Both the position numbers and the translations under genes were made by a program. From Rotaria socialis (taxonomy: Eukaryota), in the NCBI GenBank assembly GCA_905331295.1, contig CAJNYD010000069.1, positions 1 to 64,000 on the forward strand: a DNA stretch of 64,000 bases, read 5' to 3'. The stretch's first letter is position 1, and each line of letters starts with the position of its first letter. Of the stretch, positions 27,201 through 40,168 are shown one piece after another. The notes beneath the pieces are model-generated. The model did not search any database. It saw nothing but the letters and a program-made list of their open reading frames with translations, and was not told the origin of the DNA.

Positions 27201-27538
27201 GCTGTTTACTTCGTGAAATTATCAGTTAGGAATTCACAAAAAAAGGAAGAAAACTGATTTTTATCTAGTTAAAGTTTTATGGTATACAAATTTCTTTCAT
27301 TATTAACCTGACAACAATGTTTATTAAAAACAAATTTCAAGATAGAAGAGAGGTTTCTCAGTAAAATTTCTTGCTTTTATATAACCAATTTTAGATGTCA
27401 TAGAATGAGCACTCTAGTATCTTTAGTCTAGTTATAAATTAAACGGAGAAATTTTCTGATCCTGCTCTTTTTAATTAATTTCTATCATCAGAGTTGTTCT
27501 TATTTATTTAGATTCAAGTTCCTATTGAGAAAAAAACA

Positions 27539-30500
27539 ATGTTGTATCCCAGTAACACATCATCACCATCATCATTAACAACTGTTTATCTTTTATACAC
27601 CGTACGTATTTTTGAAATTCCTAAAATATTCTCGTTTGAAATCTTATAATAATAAAAAGTAGCATAAGAAAACCAAAACAGTATTAAAATGAAATAAAGA
27701 ATTATGTTGAGTCAAACCGGCATAAACTATAAAATAAAACTGTCAAACCATTACTACGTTGATTTATGGAGCTAAAAAGTATCATCCTCTGTTGAAAGTG
27801 ATATTGTGTAATCTGTCAGAAAGTATGCATTTCATAATAGTATTTATATGTTATGCTAACACTTAAAATGACATTTGGTTCTTGTTTTTGTATTATTATC
27901 ATTTCAAAAATTTGGAAATTTTTCTATTGATCTATTACATTTGTAGTGTTTTTATGAAATTATCTAAGTAAGATATTTAAAAAGTTCAGACAAGTGGAAT
28001 GAGCGAAAGGGGCTGAAGAAGAAAAACAAGAGCGACAACAAACGAGAACGTTATCGTCTCGGCTATTATTAGTCTCTATGATGAAGACCAAAATAAAAAA
28101 GAGAAGATGCCTACAACCAATGTTCGATCATGTAGATAATATGAAGTTTCCTTTTCTTCTATTGAAATTTCAAACGAAAGAAATACCTTTGTTTCTCGAC
28201 ATTTCAATTCTTCTCATGTTCATACTTTTATTGTCGATTCATATTTAAATATATTTTTATATTAGAAACCTTTCACTGTCGCATCAACTACTATATGAAT
28301 AATTAGCGAGGAAAATTCGACGACACCAAATATCGAAACTTATCAAACATTCGTACAAATAATGTGGTATCGTTTTCTACTAGTTATTAGTAAGTGTAAT
28401 ATTTTCGACACTATCTTTCTCATTTTTCTTTGTTGATGGCATGTCAACAAAATTCTGATCTAGGAAACAAAATGTCTAGATGCTCGCATAATCCTATTAG
28501 GAAATGAAAGAGCGATATGATTTATTTTACGAGCACACTTTAAAATAATCTGAAATAGGCCTAATACAACATCACATCAGTGACATAAATTACACTATTT
28601 TTTTTGTATATTTTAGTCATTTTTGTCACGGCCGCTGGAAATCTTCTAGTTTGTTTAGCCATAGCCCGTGAACGAAAATTACAGAATACAACAAATTATT
28701 TTCTCATGTCATTAGCGATTGCAGATTGCCTTGTTGCCATTCTAGTCATGCCTACAGGGATGATTTCCGAAGTGATTGGTCATTTCCCATTACCACATTA
28801 TGCATGTGTTATATTTGCTACTATGGATGTATTATGTTGTACATCATCTATATGGCATATGAGTACGATGTCCATGGATCGATATTTTACAATTCGTTTC
28901 CCATTTCGTTATGGACGAAATAAAACTCGTCGCGTCATGTTTTTGAAAATAATTGTCGTTTGGGCTGTGAGTGTAGCTGTATCATCACCTGTATTTATAT
29001 TAGGAATTATTAATAAGAAAAATGTTTTATCAGATGGTGTATGCGCGCCAAATAATTCATCATTTAAAATTTATGGCTCAATTTTTGCATTTTACATTCC
29101 ATTTATAATAATGATAACAACATATGCATTAACAATGCGATCATTAAGAAATGTATTAGTTAGTAAAGAGAAATATGATCGTGAGAGACGACAAAAACAA
29201 ACGTTTCGACCATTAGCACCGGTTGTAAATCAATATGTTGAAATAGCTGAAAGTCTTCGACGTGCATCATTAACTAATAACCAAACTATACCCAAAGCAG
29301 TCATAATAACAGCAACGACGAATAAAAATAAAAATAAAAATTCGATTTTAAATAAAGCACTAAATGCAATAAAAAGAACAGCGTCACCATCAGATTCACG
29401 TACATCATTATTTTCTCCAAATAATACAAATGTAAATTTACATCAAGATAATAATTCAAAGGATGTTATTAATGAAACAACTTTTAATCATGAACTTGTG
29501 CATCATAATTCACAACGTTTAACCACTAGTTGTTCAATATTAAATGGAAGTAAAACTCGATCTTATCAACAACAACCATTCTCAATAAATACAACAGTTC
29601 ATAGAAAAGACAATGATATAGATATGAGTACTCTGTATGAGGCAATCGAATATTCTAAATCAACATCAAGTTCAAATGACGGATCAGTTATTATAAATAA
29701 TAATAATAATCTTGCTCGAATGCCAACTGTTAAGAATAAACATCAAGTACTGGCAATAGGAGATAGAATCAAACAAACAGAAATCTCGGATCGACGAACA
29801 TCAACTATTAATGATATATCTCTATTTGAAGAAGAAGAACTGACTCCAATGATAGATACTTCTAGGAAAAGTAAGTTTCTAACATAGAAAAAATCGTTAT
29901 CATATATTGCTGTCTAAAAAGAATTTGGATTCACGAAAAACGTTTTCAAATCTAATAGAATTTTAATCTACAACATAAAATTATTTCTTTTTATCTACGA
30001 AATTAGAAACATATCTCTCTTTCTCTTGATTAGTCTATTGAATATTGCTGAAAATTAATTAAACAATATCTTCATGCTCAAATTCAGTCAGTTAAAAATA
30101 CTATTCAAAACTTTTTTTAGTTTATCATCTAAAAGACAGAAAACTACATCGTATGTTTTTCATTTCAAGTATTTAGAAGAGACAAAAAAAGAATTTTCTG
30201 ATTATGATTCTTCCTGTAATCTGTAATATACTGTAACCAATTCTATTGTTTTTCATGACTACATTACCATTGAATCACTCTTAGCAAGTGTAGAAATAGA
30301 GGAATGAAGATTCGTAACAGTTGTTGATTTCAAATGTGAATAAAATAATTTACTTCTCAACAAATTGTGATCATATTCGAAACGATAGAATAAAGCTTCA
30401 CCTAGTATATCAGAAACTCATGTAAGATCTCTAACCAAACACTTCAATAATCTATGACTATATATCATTTCCTTTCAAACGTAATATTCAAAATATTTTA

Positions 30501-31967
30501 TGACCTGAAAAAAAAGTTTGATTTGTAGCTGAGAAAGAAAAATCTGCTTCAATCAAGTATGTGATATTGAATCAATTTTAATTCCTTCATATTTTGCTTT
30601 AAATTTTAGTTGACATACACGAATGTGGCCACATGCAATTAACTTTATCATCATTCCAAAATTTTGCTCTGTCTCATTCGAAGGAGCCAATATTTTTGAG
30701 AATTCCATGGATATATTGTTTTAAAATAATTCAATCTATTCTTCAATATTATATATTCTATTTTCATTGTCGATTAAATCCTTTATCTATTGAATATTCA
30801 TTAAATATAAATGAGAAGTCATTTAAAGTACACCAATCAACGTCAATCTCATCAATTGATTTAACACTCTTAAAATTGCAACGATCAGTTTCAACACAAA
30901 CAACTACTTTGTCGGCATTAGGCTATCGAAATGTCCATTCCAATAATGTTGATGAACATTGTGTGCATAATTCACCTAAAAGACGAAAATTTCAATTTAA
31001 TAAGCCCGCCGCATCATCGTCATCTTTCCGAACAAATTCATTTCGTCATTTGTCAACAGCACCAACACGTTCAATTGATAGTTCATCAAAATCTTCATCT
31101 TCGTCGGACCAACGTTCATCTGCAATATCATCATCACATTTGATACGACAATCATATTTATCTAATTGTTTTTCTCGAAAAGAATCTGAACAAGAACCGT
31201 CTTCAGTAATTGAACATGGTTCACGTACATCAACATCATCATCTAGCCTTTTACATACAACATGCCGTTATGACAGCCATACATTTAAACATTACCATAA
31301 ACCAGTACGACGTCAACAAGATCGATATCGGTCAGCACATATTATCCCAAATTCATGTAAAACACGACAACCACATCAAACAGTAAGCTCAATAACAAAT
31401 ACAAATTCATCTGATTCTTCAAGCATGATGCTTCATCTTCCTACGAGATTACGTTTAGCGGCTTCTCACCAACAACGTGCGCGTGATGAAGACTATGTTG
31501 CAGCTAATGAACGAAAAGCTCTAAGAGTTTTAATGATTATATTTGGCGTATTTATTACATTGTGGACGCCATTTTTTATTTGTACATTTATATCGGCTAT
31601 ATGTGAACAGTGCCGTGAGCGTTTATCATCAACTGTTTGGTTTTCAATAACATGGCTTGGTTATAGCTCGTCCATGGCTAATCCATTCATATATACAATA
31701 TTCAGTGATGTATTTCGACGTGCATTTACCAATGTTATTTTGTGTCGATCAACTGAATCATCGGCTTCAGCACAGATTTCAACGAAATTATCTTCACCAA
31801 AAGATAATGTCCATCGATTTACAAGTCAGAACGTGTCATGTAGACGAAGCCCAAATCCTGATATGTCTGATGCATCAACACCAATAATGCTGCATCGTCC
31901 AAGATCAGTTGGCGGAAGTGATGCAAAAATTTATATTAACCGATATACATCAGATACAATTCAATAA
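27539..31967 (+). CDS. Class A aminergic GPCR, 5-HT2-like serotonin receptor, with in-frame TGA in exon 2
   Basis: Exons 27539-27601, 28266-28389, 28617-29870, 30610-31967. Motifs GNLLV, LAIAD, TM3 DVLCCTSSIWHM..MDRY, NERKALRVL, WTPFF, WLGYSSSMANPFIY. In-frame TGA at 28296-28298; next in-frame ATG at 28362. Confidence 0.88.
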
Positions 31968-32018
31968 CTATAAGTTGAATAATTAAATGGTCAAGTTCTC
32001 GAAGATTTTCAATTGTTT

Positions 32019-32042
32019 ATTGTTGTTGTTGTTGTTGTTGTT
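32019..32042 (+). repeat. (GTT)n microsatellite
   Basis: attgttgttgttgttgttgttgtt downstream of the GPCR stop. Confidence 0.8.
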
Positions 32043-33561
32043 TTTGTCAACATTATATTCGCGCAAATATTATACTGTGTATCAATATTAATTTAATTAG
32101 ATTAAATAAATCTAAACATATTTATCTAATATTGAAATGCTGAATAGAGATCAACGTACAGTAATCAATTTTATTTTAATTTTCTTTGCACGTTGTTTTT
32201 GAAAAGCTTACAAAGATTGAATAATTGATATTAAAATAGTCACACGAATGGTTGATCAAGAAAACATTTTTTTTTTGACTTTCAACTCATTTTTGTTTTT
32301 GATAAGACTCTGTATTGTTGACTTTTGTTAATACGTTTGACAAGAAGAAGAGAAAAAAAGATTTCATTCTCATTCGGCGAAATCTGTCAATCATCAATTT
32401 TTTTGCTTCTTATTCGAAAGATCATTGTAATACAATAATCGAAACGCATTCTTCTAAATAATTATAATGAAGATGATTAGCATCGACATGTACTTTGATA
32501 AATCTTATTTTACAATTGGACTCGCATGTAGTATAATTAAAGGATTAATCTATATTGAAATATCGTGTACATTTATTCATTATCATTGTAATGAACATCA
32601 ATAGTTGACTACGCGTTCACATAATTTGAGATTTGTTTTTCAAAGAAATTTACATTCATGTTGGTAAAGATATTCTTTGCTTTCATTACAGAAGAAAGAT
32701 TCCAGAAACTGACTAATGTATCATGCCTGTCATAATTAAAAGTACAATTTTTTCGACAATGTATAATTACTGTAATGAAACTAGAGTTTTTTTTTCCATC
32801 TATATAATCAAAACGACCAATATAAACTAAGGTCATCAGGAACTTTCTTTTACTGATCAAATATAAAATATAGTAAGCATAAAAACAAATTTCATATTAT
32901 TTGATTTCACCAATGTAAATGAAAATAATATTTGAAACGTTGAAAGCAACACTTGTATTAAGAAACTGATGAAAGAATGACTGAAGTTTTTCATGGTTTT
33001 TGAAAGAACCAAAAATAGACTGATCGATCATCTAACTTCAATGTGAAATTCAAGCTAATCACTGTATGAATGTAGTAGCGAAAAATAAAATAAAATTTCA
33101 TGTTTTATCTATCATCGTATTTTATGAATGTGAATGAATCAACAATTATGGATTCGAAAATTATTTACTAAAATCTATTTAAAGTCTTACATCCCAATTT
33201 CTTTGATTGAAATTATATTAATTAATCTAATAGATTCTATATTGAAGCGATACATTAGCTGACAAAGACAACGAAAAGTTTTAAAAAAAGCATATGTTAT
33301 TGATCAGCTCATCAAACATCAGACAAGGTACAAAGCAATTAAATAAAATCTGCTCGCATTCTGAATTAGTTAAAGCTTATTTATATTTACATCCTAGCTC
33401 TGGTTCGGTATAGTACCATGACGTCGTAGTATGATACTCGTTAAATATTAGTAAATCAGAATAAATATTGAAATCCTTCATATTTTCAGGATTAGAATCG
33501 ATTTTAAATTACTTAATAGTGCCTAGTTAGATATTTCAGTTTCCTTAGTGTAACGTAGTAA

Positions 33562-33645
33562 TCCAAGGGGAAAAAAACTCATTCCGAGCCATTCGAATGA
33601 GTAGGAATGGCTGGGAATGCCCGAATGAGATGTCCTCCCCTTGGA
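33562..33645. mobile_element. 84-bp hairpin/MITE
   Basis: Perfect 10-bp TIR TCCAAGGGGA/TCCCCTTGGA, with inner CTCATTC/GAATGAG and repeated CATTC/GAATG motifs. Confidence 0.65.
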
Positions 33646-35578
33646 AAAACTAGAGACTTGCTTTTCTTTTGCATGCATAATACAGTGATAAGAGTTAAAG
33701 TAATGAGAAAAACAGAATAATGATATGGATTAATTGTGGATGACTCCTACGAGAATAATCATATTAACATACACAGGCCCACCATCTAAAATGGCATCTT
33801 ATACGACTTGAAGCACGTATAAAACGACGTCATAAGGCATTGATTTTCATCGTATTGCGTCGTCATCTATCAGTTCGTTTTACAGCCATGTATGCACAAT
33901 TTTTTCGAGTATGAATTCACTTTACATACAGTTAGATTAGTTTAAACTTATAATTATCGAGTTATATGTGAATTTAGTGGAAACTGCATCGGTTGTTTTC
34001 AGTATGTTTCTAGAAAGAAGAACTGTTTATTAATTCGATTCTTTGAATCCGTTTTATATAGATCCGAATTATTTGATTTTATCATTAACATACATTAATC
34101 TCTCATGCAAATAAAAATTGAGAAGTTTCTTTTTTTATTCTCATTATTTTCTTCTAAATTTAAATCGAATTTTTCTTCAAAAATGTAAAATTATTCGACA
34201 ATTTTGTATCATCTCTAGAGTTTGCAAATGACTCACATGTGACGTAGTTCGTTTCTTTTTCTTTTTGTCCTTGACTTGAACTGTCTTATATCTTATTTCT
34301 ACTCTTCATACTGTAAGCAAACATGATATATTACTTCGCATATTTTATTACTTATCCGCGCTTACTTTGGCAAAGAAAGAGAGAGAGAGAGAAGGAATAA
34401 AAGAACTACAGAATATCAATATGTCACACTGCCCTTTAGCTATTCGTGTTGTTGATGCTTCAATAAAAATAATAACAACATCAGCATATTCTTAGTCATA
34501 CCTACACTTTATCTACTGCAATTAAAAGATCTTTTTCTTGTTGATTTTGTTCGAGAGTAAGTACTCTAGTATTTTTATTTCCATTAATTATAATATTTAA
34601 AATAGATTCTTTATTACTAATTTTTCTCTGAGACCACTCATTCACGATGTAAATATTTTATGGATACGGTAGAAACAACGTAGATCGCAATTTACGTAAA
34701 TGTGTGGGTTTATATCAGCGGAATTTATTTAGGATAAAGTAATTATCTGATTCGAGTTCTAATATAAATTGAGTTCATGACAGGACACTTGTAAGTAACA
34801 TAAACGAAGCAGAAAAAGTATAGATATAATTTAAATTATTATTGCAATTTTATTGAGTACTAATCTGTGTAGAAATAACAGAAAATTCAAATATTCAAAT
34901 ACGCTCCATAAAAAATACAGTAATGTCTAAATAAGATTCTAGTACTCGACTCCATAAAAAATGGATTGAATACTTTTCACACATTATGCAACTATCAAAG
35001 TAGTCAAAAAACTCGTCGAACCTCAAATAATAATTCTCAAATTACATTGATTTTGCTCTCTATGCCATGACACACGGCAAAACAAGAAATTTTTATATTT
35101 TCAATTATAGCTTCAGGAGAACTCAACTAATCGTAAAGCTCTTTAGTTAAAGTACTTGATCCTTTTAATCACTGTAATAAATACTATAACAATGAATAAC
35201 TACGATTCATGAGTTATCACTGTCACGTTAGCGATGTTCCCCGAGTAATATGTTCAGTTTTCATATCTCATTTTCAAAATAGTTCTTAGACAAAACATAT
35301 CAAAACAATAGCTATGCCTGAATATTGAATAAAAATTTCGCTTCTCATATACGCTTTTGTCAATAAAATAGAGCTGATGAATCGACATTCTGTCTTACAG
35401 ATTTTTTCAGACTCTATTCATTAATTAATTGTGTTTGTGTCAATGTCGATATCGTATTACTCTTGAGATAACATTTATTTATGGTTTTGAATTTGATTTT
35501 CTAAAATTCTACGAACAATGTAACTACCATTTATTTCTTCAAGTAGCTGATTCATCAACAAATTTTTTCTTCAAACAG

Positions 35579-37096
35579 ATGTTTTCCTGGTTTCAACGAA
35601 ATAATACACCAGCTGTTAATAAAAGACAACGATTACTTGGTTCAGCAGAAACTGCTTTAGTGCATGCATCGCAACAGCATCAAGGATACACTAAAGTTGG
35701 CGAAGTCTTACATCTTCAAGGGCCGTATATTTCTGTAGAAACATTATCTGCAGCAATAAGTCTCCTTCAACGCCGTCACCCTGTTCTAAGAAGCCGTCTT
35801 CAAATTAACCCTGAAAAACCAGATAGTTTCCTATTGGAAGAAGATGACACACTGAAACTTAACATCCGAGTAATACCACGAAAGCATGCTGATCATCTAA
35901 TCTTCTGGCGCCAAGAATGGCGGCAGCAAGAGAAAAAAATAACGAACATTGGTCAAGGGCTTGCTGAATTTTGGCTTTTGCAGGTAAAGAAGAGTTGGTA
36001 GCTGTGTAATTAAATAAGATTACTTAGTCTTAATAATACTAATTACTACTTATAGTAAACGCACGCAGTTAATATGCATTGATTTTTTTAGGATCCTGAA
36101 GATGACAATGATGACAACAGTCCACGAGAAATAATAATTATTTGCGAACACAGTGTCTGCGATGGTATCTCCTTGAGCTCTGTGGCAAATGAACTTCTCA
36201 TAGCTTTAGCTGGTCAAAATGACAATATGTTTGCTAATTCATTAGATTGGCCAATAACTATGGAGGCGGCGATTCAAAGGAGTCTCTCAATAATTGGCAG
36301 AGTGATTGCACTCGGTAAATTTATCTTCACCGCTTTTTATATGCGTGTAATCAACGCCCAGAGTATTGCAAGAATACCATTAGGCGATGTCGACTTTCCA
36401 TTGACTGATATGTGCGATTTTTGTCATACGGAAAGTTGTTATGCGATGTTGAATAAGGAAGAAACGCAAATGCTAGTAGAAAAATGTCGTAGTAAAGGTG
36501 TAACCGTAACTTCTGCTGTTAGCAGTGCCATTCTATGTGCAGCTTCTACTTTAGTCAAATCTGAGGAAGATCATCCAACTGCATTACGTTTATCTATTGG
36601 AGCTGATACTCGTAGACGATGTGTGCCACCAGTTTCTAATCATGATCTTAGTTATCATGTGTCAGGTATCATGCCATTCATATTACCTCTAAGAGATATA
36701 CCAACAACTTCCAGAGATATGTGGCAACTGGCAACTGTAATTGGAGACTTTATAAAGGCATCAGTCGACGCTGGTCAAATTCTTGCTCTTGGCTTAATTA
36801 TGGGAAAGATTTTCCAAAAAACTCTAGGTCCTCCCGATTTCTCTGTACTTCCAACTAGCGCTATTTCTAGCTGGGGTGTTTTACCATTTTCTGAAGACTA
36901 TGGCAGATGGAAGCTTGTAGAAATGACTCCTTTCGTTAATATGATTCTAGGAGCCATGCCGTTTACTATACTGCAAAATGTGAATGGAATCTTAACAATT
37001 ATGCAAATTGGAGCTGATCCTCTCGTGCCAAAAAGCATTTTGGAAAGCTTGTGCAATGGTACCATGCAAAAATTACACCAAATGATTGAAGCCTGA
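35579..37096 (+). CDS. CoA-dependent acyltransferase (condensation-domain / PapA5 / alcohol acetyltransferase-like), 469 aa, HGT candidate
   Basis: Exons 35579-35983 and 36092-37096 join in frame. N-terminal RLLGSAE, LQRRHPVLRSR, catalytic HxxxDG (EHSVCDG), LVEKCRSKGVTVTSA and ADTRRR match CAT-like acyltransferases. Confidence 0.85.
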
Positions 37097-38776
37097 CACG
37101 TCTATAAGCATTGCTATTGAATCTTTGTGTCATTTTTTGAAGTTTTCTCTTACTTTTCAACGGTTCTACATTCTTATGTAAATTCATTAACAAATTGAAA
37201 AAGAATATTAATTTTGATCAATTTTGCAGTGATTGTTAGACGATAGAATCAAGGGTATATGTTACTAACATTGTATTCTTCCTGTGTTTCTCTTATTTAT
37301 ATTTAACTTATCGAAATGTAAATTACTACTCTTCATGATTGCCGATGGCATAGTGTGAAACGCTTTGTATTGATGCTAATTTTAAAAAAACGATTATCGA
37401 AAGCTAATACAAAAATGAAAATAATTTGAAGTACTTTATTAGAATCTTTACGATCAGTTTATCAATTAAATGTCTATTACCAATCAAATTAACTTCATCC
37501 GTAATTAGTTCATTTTAAGAAAAATTTTCTTCGTCAAAGTCTATAAGAGCTTCTTCATTGTTGAAGTCCTTTTCTGTTGAATCATCTTTTAACAGTTGAT
37601 GTTATTTTTAAATCTAGTGAAGATCAATTCAATACGGATACAGAAAAGAAATATGATTTCTCAAATGCACACTTCAATGAACGTGCTTTCTCATGAGACT
37701 ATGTTCGATTTGAAAATCGATATGGATCAAGTGGTTTAAGACTCGAAACTTAGTATAAAACGTGTGTTGATTATACGGATATAACTTACCATATCATATT
37801 AATGTCGAAAGAGAAGAACCCATTTTCCTTACAAACATTTCATCTTTGAATGTTAATATATGTATTTACACGTAGCTATGCACACGTTCTTGCTTCGAGC
37901 ACCCTCTTTTTCATCTTAAAGATAGAAGAGGTGAATAATCCATAATAAATATTCATATCAACTGACTCGAAAATTTTGTTTTTCTTGCAGACACAATAAG
38001 AATCACATCGTTGGAAAGAACATGAAAAACTGAATAAGGATATGTAATTGTCTAGACGAGATATGCCCAAGTCCCTAGGAAAATTTAAAAAAAAGATTTT
38101 CTAACAATAATAGCTGAAATCTTTCTTTCTGTCTATCTCTTTCTAACACAATTTATTTTTCATTCGTTTGCCTTTGCCTTTTCCTTTTCCTTTTCCTTTT
38201 CTTTCATGTGTATAAGTTCAAAACAATCTAAATAAGAAAATCTTTCTTAAATAAAAAGAATAGACTCGTACCAAATCATATCTGATTATCATTATCCAAG
38301 AATCTTGATATTCAAATCAATTTCTGATCTAATTCAGTATTAAAAAGAACTATGGGAATCGCTTGTCGAATCGATATTTACGTGATACAAGGAAGGTCGA
38401 TGTTTTGTGGAACTCGCGCATATTTTCGAAAAAAATGTAAGTGTAAGTTTTCGAGAAGCCCTCATCCTCCCTTATAGACGTACCCTTAAAATGATATTTT
38501 AATCGTAATAGATTTTGCTTCCGAAGTGCTATTATATAAAATGGAGTGCAGGTTCACATATAAAAAAAACCTGATAAAACAGTCTTCAATCTTGATTTTT
38601 GTTGTTGTCGTATCATTGACAATCGATGTTGCCGATAAGTAAATCATGGGAATAACAAGCAGCAGTTAACTTGGCTGTGCTTTTCTGCTGATAGACAACA
38701 ATGCATTCCTAGATTTGTGACATCCATTGACTGTGCCCGTTTACTATTTTTTTTTAGAATATCAAGTTCCACCACA

Positions 38777-40168
38777 ATGATTCAGAGATTACGTATCATC
38801 TTAATATTATTGATACTCATTATGACAGTTCAATCTTATTTTGAAGGAACACAACTACTTAGTGATATAAAATTTGATCAAGGTTTTGACGTTATTCCTG
38901 CTTGTCTGTCGGATCCAACTGAGTGTTCTGCTGGACCTCACTATCGTTTATTCAATCCATTTTCTACGGTATCGAATAGTAGCGCCTCCTGGGAAATTGT
39001 TCAATGGGCTAGCCGTTCGAATTTATCTTCCCAAGGTACTTTTATGAATGATTCAATCAGTAAAGGTATGCAATGGGCAACAAGTGATAAAAGTGTGATA
39101 CTCTTTCAAGACGGTCGAATACAGTTAGCAATGAATGCTTATCATGAATATGGTGGTCAATACAAAGCACCCAATGCTCCTTGGGTGCATCTTCTAATGC
39201 AGCAAACAATTGGACGCACTCATCATTCGTTACCATTAAGCGAGGTGACTGAATTACATTGGGATCTGGATGTTCATCTTCTATACATGGATCAACATAT
39301 TCAATCTGGCTATAACTCAAACTTACATGCTGCCATCTTTCCACTCTATATGACTATTCAAAATTTGGTAGATGACGATCCTGACTATGGCAAATATTTT
39401 TGGTTAGGTATTGGTGTGTATGATGATCGAGTCCCTATGACTAGTTTATATGTTAATGGTGATCCAGGCACTGGTTCCTTAATCTATTCGCCTGCGTTTT
39501 CTAATTTTGCAACTACATCTGTACAATCAGGCTCTATAGTGCATGTCGCTGGTGATATGATGCCATTTGTTCGATTAGGTCTTCAAGCAGCCGTACAACG
39601 TGGTTTCTTACGTTCGAATGATCTTAGTCGATATTTTGTTGGTGGAATGAATGTTGGTTGGGAAATAACTGGATTGAATATTGGAACGATTGAATTAGCC
39701 AATGTTAGTCTCACACAATATACTGCTCAAAATCCAAGATCCTACGAATTTAATTTTGACAGAAACAATGAAGGATGGACCATAGTGTCCTATGTAGAGC
39801 AATTTGCCAATAGTCCTCAAAATGGCCAGTGGATGTTGAGACCTAAGGGTAGTGATCCTCAAATTTTAAGTCCTCCTCTTATGCTTGACACAACAGTAGT
39901 GAAAAAGTTAATTATTAGAATAAGCAATGGCAAAAAATCTGAGGAACAGTTACAAGTATTCTGGAATACAAATAATATTGCGAATTCTTTCTCAGAATCA
40001 GCTAGTTTTTCGATTAACATAAAACCTGATGATAGTTGGCACGAGTATACATTAGATTTATCATCAAATACAAATTGGTATGGTATTGTACGTCGCCTTC
40101 GAATAGATCCCGTACGTTCTGGCAATGGAGATCATTTTGGCATTGATTACATACGATTTGCTTCTTGA
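38777..40168 (+). CDS. Secreted intronless protein, 463 aa, bacterial-like with a C-terminal CBM-like beta-sandwich; HGT candidate
   Basis: Signal peptide MIQRLRIILILLILIMTVQS. Trp/Gly-rich N-domain. C-domain YEFNFD..NEGW...DPQILSP...LQVFW...WHEYTLDL...W.G..RRLRIDP resembles bacterial carbohydrate-binding modules. Confidence 0.8.
   Translation: MIQRLRIILILLILIMTVQSYFEGTQLLSDIKFDQGFDVIPACLSDPTECSAGPHYRLFNPFSTVSNSSASWEIVQWASRSNLSSQGTFMNDSISKGMQWATSDKSVILFQDGRIQLAMNAYHEYGGQYKAPNAPWVHLLMQQTIGRTHHSLPLSEVTELHWDLDVHLLYMDQHIQSGYNSNLHAAIFPLYMTIQNLVDDDPDYGKYFWLGIGVYDDRVPMTSLYVNGDPGTGSLIYSPAFSNFATTSVQSGSIVHVAGDMMPFVRLGLQAAVQRGFLRSNDLSRYFVGGMNVGWEITGLNIGTIELANVSLTQYTAQNPRSYEFNFDRNNEGWTIVSYVEQFANSPQNGQWMLRPKGSDPQILSPPLMLDTTVVKKLIIRISNGKKSEEQLQVFWNTNNIANSFSESASFSINIKPDDSWHEYTLDLSSNTNWYGIVRRLRIDPVRSGNGDHFGIDYIRFAS

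Noticed and set aside
24500..27500. Hidden gene or structured RNA in the long intergenic region between the Tudor and GPCR genes
   Set aside because: Only AT-rich sequence, with no convincing ORF, repeat or stem visible by eye.
28296..28298. Selenocysteine codon in the GPCR
   Set aside because: No convincing SECIS seen by eye after 31967, and the position is in a non-catalytic ectodomain. Kept only as a low-probability option.
39057..40125. Antisense ORFs within the secreted-protein gene (similar ones overlap PRC1, LARS1 and CtBP)
   Set aside because: Shadow ORFs on the opposite strand of well-supported coding exons.
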